Below are positions 1-9,784 of a stretch of DNA of 64,000 bases, one piece after another; position 1 is the first letter of the stretch, and every line of letters begins with the position of its first letter. Source of the stretch: a bacterium (lineage in GTDB: Bacteria > UBA8248); assembly GCA_965203325.1 (NCBI GenBank), contig OZ241875.1, forward strand, positions 4,320,001-4,384,000, given 5' to 3'. Below the pieces are notes generated by a model. It was not told where the DNA came from and made no database searches. It was given only the letters and a program-made list of their open reading frames with translations. The position numbers were made by a program, and so were the translations under genes.

Positions 1-1
1 T

Positions 2-346
2 GCGGATAGCGGACGCCCCGATGCCGCCGACCTTCGCCTTCTCGATAGCGGCCTCCATGGCGCGACGCGCGACTACGGCGCTCATGCCGTAGTCCCCGTC
101 CAGGAGCGTAAAAGCGGGCAGATCGGTGATGGTTCGCACACTGGGCTTCGGGTTCGCCGTCCCGTTTCTCAGGCGCTCCACGAAGACCCCGAAGCGAACG
201 CACCCGTGCGAACTCACGCCCCTCAGTTCGGCGTCCACAATCTGGGCCGCGCACGCATTGGCGTCCGCCTCGGGCAGGCCCAGTGCCTGGTAGACGCGCG
301 CGAGATAGGCGTGAAGGTCTTTCGCGTGAACTTTGATGTCCGGCAT
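2..346 (-). CDS. Ldh_2 (AllD/ComC-like malate/lactate/sulfolactate dehydrogenase) family oxidoreductase, N-terminal part; runs off the window
   Basis: Manual translation from ATG at 346: MPDIKVHAKDLHAYLARVYQALGLPEADANACAAQIVDAELRGVSSHGCVRF...LLDGDYGM. Has the family AxLRGxxSHG motif and an upstream GGGAG RBS. Confidence 0.85.
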   Translation of the reverse strand, partial: MPDIKVHAKDLHAYLARVYQALGLPEADANACAAQIVDAELRGVSSHGCVRFGVFVERLRNGTANPKPSVRTITDLPAFTLLDGDYGMSAVVARRAMEAAIEKAKVGGIGASAIR

Positions 347-473
347 GTTTTCTCCCGGCGCGGGCTTGAGGGCCGCGCGCAAACAAACCCACCGCCTTGT
401 CTTGGCGGATGGGGAAAAGAGTGCTAAGAGCTATTGCGGTGAGTTTGCCTTTACACATGGAGGATTCGCAAGC

Positions 474-1562
474 ATGAAAGCGTGGCGTTTTTACGCCTTT
501 GGCGATATGCGGTTGGATGAGGTGCCGGACCCCGAGGTGAAGCCGGGCTGGGCCGTGTGCAAGGTGCGGCGGGTGCAGCCGAGCATCACGGACGTGCAGA
601 GGTCCTTGGGAATCGGAACCATCAATTCGGCGCTTTTGAGGGAAATGCTCGAAAAATATGCGCCCGTGCAGTTGCTGGGGCACGAGATGAGCGCGGAAGT
701 CGTCGAGGTGGGCGATGGCGTCGAGCACTTAACTCCGGGCGACAGGGTATGCACCTCGGGCCACGTGCCGTGCCTCAATTGCAGTTTCTGCCGCGAGGGC
801 CGGGAGATGTACTGCATCGACAAGCTGCACGTGGGCATCAACACGCCGGGCGCATTCGCCGAATACATCTCGCTTCCGGCGCACGGACTCGTCAGGCCGC
901 CCCAGACGCTGGACGATTCATCCATCGCCTGTCTGCAGCCGCTTTCCTCCACGGTCGCCGCCATGCGCGATGCGAAGGTTCAGCCGGGCGAGACGGTGGC
1001 CATCACCGGTCAGGGGGTCATGGGCCTCTATGCCTTACAGGCTGCGCGCACCTGCGGGGCGGGCGCCGTCTACGTGAGCGACGTGAAGGATGAAGCCCTT
1101 GCCTTGAGCCGCAAGTTCGGGGCGGATGAAGTGATCGACGCGCGGGTTGATGATCCCGTCGAGAGGGTGATGGAGATTACGGAGGGCAGGGGCGTCGACC
1201 TCGTCTTCGAGTGCGCGGGCGGGAACGCGGATCAGGGGCTTTCGGGCCACACCACCCTGCACCAGGCGACGCGCATGGTGCGCATCGGCGGGCGCGTCAT
1301 CCAGGTCGCGGGTCTCATCGGAGATGTGAAATTCGACCCGGTCTTCATGCGCGCCCAGGGGGTTCAGTGGATTTACCCGGAAGGCCATGGCGCGGATACC
1401 GTGGCTCTGGGCGGAAAATGGGTGGCCAGTGGAAGGATCGACGTGAACTCTCTCATCACGCACGAGGAGCACGGCATCGAAAACCTGCCCCGCGTGATGG
1501 AGATCACCGACAAGAAGGCAGAGTACCGGGCCACGAACCCTTGCCAACTCGTTCTGGCTTAA
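474..1562 (+). CDS. Zinc-dependent medium-chain alcohol dehydrogenase (MDR) family protein
   Basis: GHE motif, structural-Zn CxxCxxC(x7)C, Rossmann GQGVMG. GGAGG RBS before ATG 474. Confidence 0.88.
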   Translation: MKAWRFYAFGDMRLDEVPDPEVKPGWAVCKVRRVQPSITDVQRSLGIGTINSALLREMLEKYAPVQLLGHEMSAEVVEVGDGVEHLTPGDRVCTSGHVPCLNCSFCREGREMYCIDKLHVGINTPGAFAEYISLPAHGLVRPPQTLDDSSIACLQPLSSTVAAMRDAKVQPGETVAITGQGVMGLYALQAARTCGAGAVYVSDVKDEALALSRKFGADEVIDARVDDPVERVMEITEGRGVDLVFECAGGNADQGLSGHTTLHQATRMVRIGGRVIQVAGLIGDVKFDPVFMRAQGVQWIYPEGHGADTVALGGKWVASGRIDVNSLITHEEHGIENLPRVMEITDKKAEYRATNPCQLVLA

Positions 1563-1607
1563 GCAGCAGTATTTCTTCAGTTTTCATAATTTTCTAAGGA
1601 GAGAAAA

Positions 1608-2396
1608 ATGGACCTTGGGTTGAAGGGAAAGATCGCTATCGTGACGGGCGCGAGCCGGGGCATCGGACGTGAATGCGCGATCGCGCTGGCGAGAGAGGGC
1701 GCTCGCGTGTGCGTTACGGCGCGCGATGAGGCGCTTTTGGCTACGGCAGTGGAAGATGTGAACGCCGCAGGGGGCGAGGGAATGTCCGTCTCCTCCGATC
1801 TGAACTCTCTCGATGGCTGCAAGAAGGTGGTCGATGCGTGCGTCGCGAATTTCGGCGGCGTGGACATCCTCGTCAACAGCGCGGGCGCGGCGCGTGGCGG
1901 AGACATTCTTGAGCTCGACGCGGAGTTTATTACCGAGGCGCTCACGCTCAAGACATATGGGTATCTGCGCATGTCCCAGTTGGTGATCCCCCACATGAAG
2001 AAAAACGCCTGGGGCCGCATCGTGAACATCGCAGGCGGCGCGGGCACGAGCCCGGCGCGGGGGAACATCCCCACGAGTGCGGCGAACATCACGGTGCTCA
2101 ACAACACGAGGGCGCTCTCGGACGCCGTGGCGGGAGATGGGATTCAGGTGAATACCGTATGTCCGGGCATGACGAACACGCAGCGCGCGCGCGACCTCAT
2201 GCAGGGACCCGCGGACAAGGCCGGCAAGGACGTGGAGGAGTTCTTGAAAGAAGTCGGCGCGAGGACGCCCGCCGGCAGAATCGCCGAGCCCGAGGAGGTG
2301 GCGAACGTCGCCGCGTTCCTGGCCTCCGCCGCGTGTTCTTACGTGAACGGCACTTCCCTCTACATGGACGGCGGCGGCCGCCGGGCGACGCCGTAG
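1608..2396 (+). CDS. SDR family oxidoreductase
   Basis: TGASRGIG, VDILVNSAG, VCPG, DGG C-terminus. AAGGAG RBS. Confidence 0.9.
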   Translation: MDLGLKGKIAIVTGASRGIGRECAIALAREGARVCVTARDEALLATAVEDVNAAGGEGMSVSSDLNSLDGCKKVVDACVANFGGVDILVNSAGAARGGDILELDAEFITEALTLKTYGYLRMSQLVIPHMKKNAWGRIVNIAGGAGTSPARGNIPTSAANITVLNNTRALSDAVAGDGIQVNTVCPGMTNTQRARDLMQGPADKAGKDVEEFLKEVGARTPAGRIAEPEEVANVAAFLASAACSYVNGTSLYMDGGGRRATP

Positions 2397-2416
2397 GTAG
2401 GAACGGACTCGTTTTC

Positions 2417-2457
2417 TCCTCCGGGCGTGATTCTCAAGCGCCGCCCGGAGGATTTTT
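2417..2457 (+). terminator. Possible intrinsic terminator hairpin
   Basis: tcctccgggcg...cgcccggagga followed by ttttt, downstream of the SDR stop. Confidence 0.5.
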
Positions 2458-2484
2458 CTTGATATTTCGAGGGATTAGACAGAG

Positions 2485-3558
2485 ATGGCGAAACTTTTCG
2501 ATGAATTTTCTTTGCGGGGCGTGACGCTCAGGAACCGGATTTGCGTGTCCCCCATGTGCCAGTACAGCGCTGAGGACGGCAAGCTTACCGACTGGCATCT
2601 CGTGCACCTTGGCGCCCGCGCGGCAGGCGGCGCGGGCCTGGTGATGGTCGAGATGACGAACGTGGAGGCGCGGGGACGCATTACGCACGGTTGCTCCGGC
2701 ATTTGGTCGGATGAGCATGTTGAACCGCTGGCGCGGGTCGCGCGCTTCGTCGCCGGCCAGGGGGCCGTCGCCGGGATTCAGATAGGCCACGCAGGACGCA
2801 AGGGCAGCTGCGCGCCCACCTGGGAGGGCGGGGGCTATCTCTCCGATGAGGAGGGCGGATGGGAGATCGTGGCGCCGAGCGCGATCCCGTTTCACGAGAA
2901 GGCGCGCGTACCCAGGGCGTTGAACGTCGAGGAGATCGCCGTGATTCAGGAGGCGTTTCGCCAGGGCGCGAGACGAGCAGACGAAGCGGGTTTCGGGTGG
3001 CTCGAGATTCACGGCGCGCACGGGTATCTGTTCCACAGCTTCCATTCTCCGGTTTCGAATCACAGAGATGATAACTACGGCGGCAGCTTCGAGAACCGCA
3101 TCCGTTTCACGGTGGAGACGGTCCGGATTGTGAGGGAACAATGGCCGGAGGATAAACCGCTCGCCATACGCCTCTCGTGCACCGATTATTACGAGGGCGG
3201 CTGGACGCTCGATGAAACGGTTGAGTTGGCGAAAATCCTCAAAACCGAAGGAGTCGACCTCATCGATTGCAGTGGGGGCGGGGGAACGCCGCTGGCGAAG
3301 ATTCCTGTGGGTCCGGGCTATCAGGTGCCGCTATCGCAAGCCGTGCGTTCGGGAGCCGACATACCCACCGCCACCGTGGGCATGATCACCCAGGCGTGGC
3401 AGGCGGATCAGATTGTCCGAAACGGTGAGGCCGACCTCGTTTTCATGGCGCGCGAGATGCTGCGCGAGCCTTATTGGCCGCAAAAGGCGGCCGCCGCACT
3501 CGGCGTGATGGATGAGGCCTATGTCGCCGACCAATACCACCGCGCCCACGGCAGATGA
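2485..3558 (+). CDS. NADH:flavin oxidoreductase / Old Yellow Enzyme (YqjM/NamA-like)
   Basis: NRICVSPMCQYS, IGHAGRK, EIHGAHGYL, DNYGGSFENR motifs. Confidence 0.92.
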   Translation: MAKLFDEFSLRGVTLRNRICVSPMCQYSAEDGKLTDWHLVHLGARAAGGAGLVMVEMTNVEARGRITHGCSGIWSDEHVEPLARVARFVAGQGAVAGIQIGHAGRKGSCAPTWEGGGYLSDEEGGWEIVAPSAIPFHEKARVPRALNVEEIAVIQEAFRQGARRADEAGFGWLEIHGAHGYLFHSFHSPVSNHRDDNYGGSFENRIRFTVETVRIVREQWPEDKPLAIRLSCTDYYEGGWTLDETVELAKILKTEGVDLIDCSGGGGTPLAKIPVGPGYQVPLSQAVRSGADIPTATVGMITQAWQADQIVRNGEADLVFMAREMLREPYWPQKAAAALGVMDEAYVADQYHRAHGR

Positions 3559-3619
3559 CGCTCAAATCACCGCTCATCGTGATTTCTGCCGCGTCCTGTG
3601 GCCAGCTACCGCGCAAACA

Positions 3620-3649
3620 TTGACAGGGCTCAAGGGGCCGTGTTGTAAT
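3620..3649 (+). promoter_or_regulatory. Putative sigma70 promoter for the ABC operon
   Basis: TTGACA-N18-TGTAAT with an extended -10 TG. Confidence 0.4.
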
Positions 3650-3706
3650 TTCTGCACTCGCAAACAGTTGAATTTCTGAGTCCTTTTCCACACGGGAGAA
3701 AAGTCG

Positions 3707-4891
3707 ATGAACCACATTTTTTCGCGCGTCTTGAAACGCGCTACTTTCTGGGTTGCGTTCGTCGTAGCGATTGGTTTGTTGGGCGGCCCGCTCGTTGGTG
3801 ACGTGCCGGCGGCCAAGAAGAAACCGCTTCGCTTCGGGGTCGCCGACCCCCTGACGGGGCCTGCCGCGATTTTCGGCAAAGATCAGATGCAGGCGGTGCG
3901 CTGGGCGGTCGAGGACATCAACGCCAAGGGCGGCGTCAACGGCCATCCGCTCGAGGCCATCATTCTGGATCATCAGGCGAAGCCCGAGGTCGGCATCGCG
4001 GTGGTCAACCGCTTCGTCCACGTGGAGAAGGTCCCCGTGTACATCACCGCGTTCAGCAACGTGGTCAAGGCGGTCGCGCCCATCGCGAACCGCGAGAAGG
4101 TGCTGATGCTCAGCGTGGGCGCGAACGCGCCGGCCATCGCACGGCTGGGCGATTACGTCTATACGACTTTCCCGCTGGCCGACGTGGATATGAACGCCTT
4201 GGGCAAATACGCTTATCAGAAGATGGGCAAACGCCGCGCCGCCGTCTTGCACGTGAACCACGAGACGGGCCGGGACGGCGCCAAGGTTTTCAGCAACAGC
4301 TTCAAGAAGGCCGGCGGCAAAATCGTCGTCTATGAGTCCTATGAGCAGGAGCGGTCGGACTTCACCGGCCTGGTGCTCAAGGTGAAAGCGGCGAATCCCG
4401 ACATCATCCACATCCACAGCGTGATCCGCGATTTCACGGCCGTCGTCGCGCAGATGCGTCAGCTCGGTGTGAAGACCCAGATCACCAGCTACCAGACAGC
4501 CTTCAACCCAAAGATGATCCAGCAGTTGGGCAAGGGGGCCGAGGGCATCATCGTGACCGCGCTGGCTCCCAGCGTGGAGGACAACAAGAACCTGCCCGCC
4601 TATATCGAGCGCTGGAAAAAGGCGTACAAGCGCATGCCCATCGGGCTGCCCTATACGCAGTATTTCTACGATGCGCCCTATATCGTTGCGGCGCTCTACA
4701 AATGGGTGCTGGACAAGAAGCTGCCGATCACGGGCGAGAACATGCGCAAGGCGCTGGTGGCAATCAAGACGTTCGAGCAGCCCTTGACCAATACGGTGAC
4801 GATCAACGACGACCACACGGTCAAGAAACCGGTCTATTTCTGGCAGGTGAAGGGTGGTAAATTCACGTTAATCGGTTCCCAGAAGGACTGA
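3707..4891 (+). CDS. Branched-chain amino acid-type ABC transporter substrate-binding protein (LivK-like)
   Basis: Signal peptide, PLTGPAA, INAKGGVNG, YDA motif. First gene of a liv-like operon. Confidence 0.9.
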   Translation: MNHIFSRVLKRATFWVAFVVAIGLLGGPLVGDVPAAKKKPLRFGVADPLTGPAAIFGKDQMQAVRWAVEDINAKGGVNGHPLEAIILDHQAKPEVGIAVVNRFVHVEKVPVYITAFSNVVKAVAPIANREKVLMLSVGANAPAIARLGDYVYTTFPLADVDMNALGKYAYQKMGKRRAAVLHVNHETGRDGAKVFSNSFKKAGGKIVVYESYEQERSDFTGLVLKVKAANPDIIHIHSVIRDFTAVVAQMRQLGVKTQITSYQTAFNPKMIQQLGKGAEGIIVTALAPSVEDNKNLPAYIERWKKAYKRMPIGLPYTQYFYDAPYIVAALYKWVLDKKLPITGENMRKALVAIKTFEQPLTNTVTINDDHTVKKPVYFWQVKGGKFTLIGSQKD

Positions 4892-4942
4892 TCCCGAATG
4901 TTTCCTCTGCGTGGGCGCGCCGACGGGCGCGCCCACCGGGAT
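4891..4942. repeat. Intergenic palindrome after the SBP gene
   Basis: gtgggcgcgcc-gacg-ggcgcgcccac (4911-4936) flanked by atcccg/cgggat. Confidence 0.6.
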
Positions 4943-4965
4943 TTTACCGTGTGTGACGTCAAGCC

Positions 4966-5913
4966 ATGCTGACCTGGGGGATTTTGGGGCAGCTCCTGTG
5001 GACGGGCTTCGCCGCCGCGACCTATTACTGCCTGTTCGCGGTCGCCTTCTCACTCGTCCTCAAAGTCAACAAGATATGGAACTTCGCCCAGGCGGGGGTG
5101 ATGGTGTTCGCCTACTACTCCCTGCTCGTGGCGTTCCGGCACTGGGGTTTACCGCTGGTTCCCGCCCTGGTTTTCGGGCTCCTGGTAACGCTTGGCGTAT
5201 CGCTCGCCCTCGAGCGCTATGCCTTCATGGTTTTCCGCGACCGCAACTCCTCGATCCTGACCCTGTTCATCTTCACGATCGTGTTTTCTGAGTTCTCGGT
5301 CTACCTCATGGAACTGGTCTTCGGAACCGAACCGCAGACGCTTTACCCGAGCCTGTTGTGGCCCGTCGACTTATACGCCGGCATTGCGATCAGCCACTGG
5401 GACTTGATGGCGATTGCGGTGACGGCGGTGCTGATGCTGCTCCTCTACCTGTTCATCCACCGCACGCGCTACGGCCGGTATCTGATTGCCGTCGCCGATA
5501 ACGAGAATCTGGCCGAAATATACGGTATCAGCCGAAAGCGCGCCTACGGCGTTTCGATCTCCATCGCTGCGGTGCTCATCACCGCCGGCATGTATCTCTT
5601 CGGGACCAAGGCGGCGCTGTTTCCCTCCACGCCGCTCCAGCATCTGTTGATCTTCGCCGTCATCGCGACGATTCTGGCCGGGATCGGCAACATCTTTCGC
5701 GCCGGAATCGCGGCGGTCGCGCTGAGCCTCATACAGGCTTTCAGCATTCTCGTCATCGCCTCCAAATGGCAGGCGTTGCTGGCCTATATTCTGATATTCG
5801 TCGTCATCATCTTCTTCCCGCGCGGTTTCGCCTTGCCGCGCAAGCTGAGCGGGCTGGTGAGACCATCGGGACGTTCCGCCGCCGTGGCGGTGGCCGACCC
5901 TGCGGGAGACTGA
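4966..5913 (+). CDS. Branched-chain-type ABC transporter permease (LivH-like)
   Basis: Multi-TM, WNFAQAG, RTRYGRYLIAVADNENLAEIYGI. Confidence 0.9.
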   Translation: MLTWGILGQLLWTGFAAATYYCLFAVAFSLVLKVNKIWNFAQAGVMVFAYYSLLVAFRHWGLPLVPALVFGLLVTLGVSLALERYAFMVFRDRNSSILTLFIFTIVFSEFSVYLMELVFGTEPQTLYPSLLWPVDLYAGIAISHWDLMAIAVTAVLMLLLYLFIHRTRYGRYLIAVADNENLAEIYGISRKRAYGVSISIAAVLITAGMYLFGTKAALFPSTPLQHLLIFAVIATILAGIGNIFRAGIAAVALSLIQAFSILVIASKWQALLAYILIFVVIIFFPRGFALPRKLSGLVRPSGRSAAVAVADPAGD

Positions 5914-5920
5914 ACCGAAA

Positions 5921-6835
5921 ATGGAATATATCCTCACCGTCATGGTGCTCATCGGGATCAACGTGATCCTCGCTACGAGCTTCAACCTCATTCTGGGGTA
6001 CGGCGGGCTGATGAGCGTCGCCCATCCCATCTTCTATGCCATCGGGGCTTATTGCTCAGGACTTCTGGCGATTCACCTGCAGATTCCGGTTCCGCTCTCT
6101 ATCCTGATAGGAGCAGCAATCGCGATGGTGCTTTCGTTCGGCGTGTCTTTGCCCTCGCTTCGCGTGTCGGGCGATTACCTCGTCATCGCCAGCATCGGGT
6201 TTCAGTTGGGTATACTGCACGTTATCAACAACCTCGAATTCACCGGCGCGGCCGGCGGGCTGACCAACATTCCGGTGCTGAACGAAGGCCCCTCGAGAAG
6301 TCTCGTCTTCGTCCTGCTCATCGCGGTCGTCGCAGCCTGCGCGGTTATGCTTGTGGGCTGGATCGTCGAAGGCGATTACGGGCGGGCCATCACCGCCATG
6401 CGCAACGACGAGGAGGCCTTCAGCGCCCTGGGCCGTAACGCGATGAACATCAAGATCGTCTTGTTCGCCATCGGCTCGGGCATGGCCGGCCTGGCGGGCG
6501 CGCTCTATGCCCATTATTTCGCCTACGTCACGCCCGAGCAGTTTGGCATATTCACTTCCGCGGCCCTGTTGACGATGGTGGTCGTGGGCGGCGCCGCCAC
6601 GACGTGGGGACCCCTGGTGGGCGCGGTGCTCCTGACGACCCTTCCGCAAGCCATCACGTTTCTTGGTCTGCCCGTCTCCATCATGGCGCCGCTTCAGGGC
6701 GTCATCTACACGACGCTCGTTATTTCCTTCCTCTTCACGCGGCCCCAGGGCCTGACGGGAGGCACCAGGGGCGGTGGAGGGCTCGAGGCCTGGAGCGCGA
6801 GCGCGGCCTTCAGGGCGAGGAGGGATGCGGAGTGA
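5921..6835 (+). CDS. Branched-chain-type ABC transporter permease (LivM-like)
   Basis: NLILGYGGLMSVAH, LRVSGDYL, VVVGG, RPQGL. Confidence 0.9.
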   Translation: MEYILTVMVLIGINVILATSFNLILGYGGLMSVAHPIFYAIGAYCSGLLAIHLQIPVPLSILIGAAIAMVLSFGVSLPSLRVSGDYLVIASIGFQLGILHVINNLEFTGAAGGLTNIPVLNEGPSRSLVFVLLIAVVAACAVMLVGWIVEGDYGRAITAMRNDEEAFSALGRNAMNIKIVLFAIGSGMAGLAGALYAHYFAYVTPEQFGIFTSAALLTMVVVGGAATTWGPLVGAVLLTTLPQAITFLGLPVSIMAPLQGVIYTTLVISFLFTRPQGLTGGTRGGGGLEAWSASAAFRARRDAE

Positions 6836-7602
6836 GCGCAATCGTCAGGGTCGAGGATCTGCACAAGAGTTTCGGCGGAATCGTGGTGGCGGACGACGTC
6901 AACCTGAGCTTCGAAGCGGGCGAGATCGTCGGCCTCATCGGTCCCAACGGCGCGGGCAAGACGTCTTTGTTCAACCTGATCTCGGGCGTCATTCCCCCCG
7001 ATGCGGGATCGATATTCGTGGAAAGCCATCGCGTGGATCAACTGCCCATGCACCACCGTGCGCGGATCGGCCTGGCCCGAACCTGGCAGAACACGCGCAT
7101 GTTTCACTCCATGTCGGTGATAGACAACCTGCTGATAGCAACGCGGCGCTACCCCGGAGAATCGCTGGCGCGCATTCTGTTTCGTCGCCGCTCGGTCGAC
7201 GCCTTCCGCCAGGAGGCGACGGAAAAAGCCATGGTGCTTCTCGAGCGGGTAGGGCTCGCGGACAAGATGCACGAGATGGCGATCGAGCTCTCCTACGGCC
7301 AGCAGAAGCGGATCGGCCTGGCCCGGGCGCTGATGAGCGACGCGGCGTGCCTGTTGCTGGACGAACCCATGGCGGGGGTCGAAGGGCAGGCGTATGAAAC
7401 GATCATCCGTGTGATCCGAGAAGAGGCCCAGGCCGGTCGCGCGGTCTGCGTGGTGGAGCACAACATCTCGTTTATCCGCGACATCAGCGATCGCACGGTT
7501 TTCATGTTCAACGGATGTGTTCTGGCCAGCGGATCCGTCGACGAACTGACGCGCGATTCGCAACTCACGGACCTGTACTTCGGCGGCGAACACCCGCAGT
7601 AA
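6832..7602 (+). CDS. ABC transporter ATP-binding protein (LivG-like)
   Basis: GPNGAGKT, LSYGQQK, LLLDEP. GTG start overlaps the upstream stop. Confidence 0.9.
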   Translation: MSAIVRVEDLHKSFGGIVVADDVNLSFEAGEIVGLIGPNGAGKTSLFNLISGVIPPDAGSIFVESHRVDQLPMHHRARIGLARTWQNTRMFHSMSVIDNLLIATRRYPGESLARILFRRRSVDAFRQEATEKAMVLLERVGLADKMHEMAIELSYGQQKRIGLARALMSDAACLLLDEPMAGVEGQAYETIIRVIREEAQAGRAVCVVEHNISFIRDISDRTVFMFNGCVLASGSVDELTRDSQLTDLYFGGEHPQ

Positions 7603-7615
7603 TCGAGAGAGAGCG

Positions 7616-8299
7616 ATGTTCGAAATCCAAAACCTCACGGCCCGCTACGGGCCGCTTGTCGCCGTGAACGATGTGTCGCTGTCTTTCGATACCGGTGTGC
7701 GGATGGGAATTTTCGGTCACAACGGTTCGGGCAAGTCGACGCTCCTCAAATGCCTGGTCGGCGGTGTCAGGGATGTTTCCGGCGCCGTGGCTTTTGGTGG
7801 TTCGACTATCGTTCCCGATCAGGTTCACCGCAACGTCATGCTGGGAATCGGCTTCGTGCCGCAGGTCCAGAACGTTTTCCCGAATCTCACGGTCGAGCAG
7901 AATCTCCACATTGCGGGTTCGAAATCAGACTCCTCGTTTCTCGATGAAGCCTATGCCCTTTTTCCGCTGCTGCGGGAACGCCAGGACCAGCTTGCAGGCG
8001 ACATGAGCGGTGGAGAGCAGCAGATGCTCGCCGTCGCGCTGGCCTTGATGACGAGGCCGCAAGTCCTCCTGCTCGACGAACCGACGGCAGGCCTCGCGCC
8101 CGCAATCGTGAAGAACGTGCTGGGCTCGCTCTCGCGCATCAACACGGAACTCGGTACCGGGCTGATCCTCGTCGAGCAGAACGTGCTTGCCGCCCTGGAT
8201 GTCGTCGAGCGCGCCATCGTGCTCAAGGGCGGGCGCGTGGTATTCGACGGCGCGAGCGAAGAACTGCGCGCAAAGGAAGATTTGTGGGCCTGGTTCTGA
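7616..8299 (+). CDS. ABC transporter ATP-binding protein (LivF-like)
   Basis: GHNGSGKST, MSGGEQQM, LLLDEPTAGLAP. Confidence 0.9.
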   Translation: MFEIQNLTARYGPLVAVNDVSLSFDTGVRMGIFGHNGSGKSTLLKCLVGGVRDVSGAVAFGGSTIVPDQVHRNVMLGIGFVPQVQNVFPNLTVEQNLHIAGSKSDSSFLDEAYALFPLLRERQDQLAGDMSGGEQQMLAVALALMTRPQVLLLDEPTAGLAPAIVKNVLGSLSRINTELGTGLILVEQNVLAALDVVERAIVLKGGRVVFDGASEELRAKEDLWAWF

Positions 8300-8328
8300 C
8301 TCCGTAAATCGTCGGTGCGATTGCTTTT

Positions 8329-9699
8329 TTATTTTACCCCGATGGCGTCAATCTGGACCAGCGCTTCCGCGACCGGGCCGGGGCCGTGCACTATCACGCA
8401 CTCGAACGCGGGCAGATCCTCGTCGATGAAAGTTTCGCGAACCGCCTCGTAGACCGCCAGGTCCGCCGGATCGGAGAGATACACCCGGGTCATGGCGATG
8501 TCTTCCAGTTCCATGCCCGCACCTGAAGCGCTTGCGCGCAACTGCTCCCACGCCATCCAGCATTGCGCGGCGAGACCTGGCCGCCGCTCTATATCTTCCA
8601 TAGGCAACACGGCGCGCCGACCCGCCTCGGGAAGGGTGTCCGTGCTCCGGACGATCTCTCCCGCCTCGTCGACGCCCACCATGCCCGAGAAGTAAACAAC
8701 CGGCCCCGCCTGCGTGACGGCGGGAGCCGCGAAGGGCGCCTCCCCCGGCCAGGGGAACGATTGGCGGGCGAGTCCGCTTTTCCGATCCATGGCGGTGATT
8801 TCAATCTCGATGCGCGTGCCGCGGTGGCCCACCTCGTCAAATCCCACGACGCAAAGCGATGGCTGGACCTCCGGGAAGAAGTGGGTGTGCACCCGGTGGA
8901 ACGTGGAGAAATCGCGCAGGTCGCCCAGGAAAATCGACACGTTCACGACATCTTCCATATCCATGCCGTTGCCTGTCAGCGTACGGCGCAATTCGTTGTA
9001 AACGTACCAGGTCTGGGATGCGATCGGACCGTGGCGGCTATCGGGATGGCTGCGCCCCGTCGAGAGGAAACGACCTTCCTCCGGCACGTCGTCATAAGAG
9101 TTGACCAGCGGCTTTCCGGGTTCTGCCGTCTTGATCGGGATGTGCCCGGCGAAGAAGGCGAACGGGCCCGAGCGTATTGCCTGACAGTAATGTGAGGCCG
9201 CGGGCAGGTCGGCGTCGTAGACGTCGGTCATCACCTGACGCTCGCCGAACACGCCGCCGGCTTCCGTGCAGGCGGCGATGGCGTCGACCCCGATCCAGTG
9301 TCTGCCGCGTCCGATCACGTCCGCAACTCCCAGTCCGCTGCTGGGAGCGGGCGTCGGCTGCCAATGCACCCGGACGTGTTCGTAGCTGGGGAAATAACGC
9401 TTGTCGCGCTGCCAGATGTGCTGGCGCAGCACCTGATCGGAGGGCGTTCCCGCCGCATGGAGAACTTTTTCGAGGCTGTCGTGTACCGCCCAGGAGTCGG
9501 CGACAACCCTGCCCTCGGTGAGGTCTGCGAGCGGATAGCCCTGCATTTGCTCGCGTCCCGCCTCGGGCAGGTCCGCGAACCCCGCCGGAACGTCGGGCCT
9601 TAAGCCTGAGACGAACAAAAGTTCGCCGGCCTTGACCGCCACCGGGTAGGGCGGGAAAGCGGGGCTGACATCCTCACAAACGATAGGAGTCTTCTTCAT
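8329..9699 (-). CDS. Protein with three tandem RidA/YjgF (L-PSP)-like domains
   Basis: Three repeats of A(V/I)xxG..(F/Y)xSG/AG ... (V/I)x(I/V)(D/E)xxA: VKAGELLFVSG..IGVDAIA; AIRSGPFAFFAG..IEIEITA; VTQAGPVVYFSG..VQIDAIG. Confidence 0.75.
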   Translation of the reverse strand: MKKTPIVCEDVSPAFPPYPVAVKAGELLFVSGLRPDVPAGFADLPEAGREQMQGYPLADLTEGRVVADSWAVHDSLEKVLHAAGTPSDQVLRQHIWQRDKRYFPSYEHVRVHWQPTPAPSSGLGVADVIGRGRHWIGVDAIAACTEAGGVFGERQVMTDVYDADLPAASHYCQAIRSGPFAFFAGHIPIKTAEPGKPLVNSYDDVPEEGRFLSTGRSHPDSRHGPIASQTWYVYNELRRTLTGNGMDMEDVVNVSIFLGDLRDFSTFHRVHTHFFPEVQPSLCVVGFDEVGHRGTRIEIEITAMDRKSGLARQSFPWPGEAPFAAPAVTQAGPVVYFSGMVGVDEAGEIVRSTDTLPEAGRRAVLPMEDIERRPGLAAQCWMAWEQLRASASGAGMELEDIAMTRVYLSDPADLAVYEAVRETFIDEDLPAFECVIVHGPGPVAEALVQIDAIGVK

Positions 9700-9784
9700 C
9701 GCTCAATACACCTCCGTGGGTCGGCAAATCGTGCCGCCATGGTTCGAGGCAAGGTTTTCTCCATTGCCCGATGATTTGAATCGC

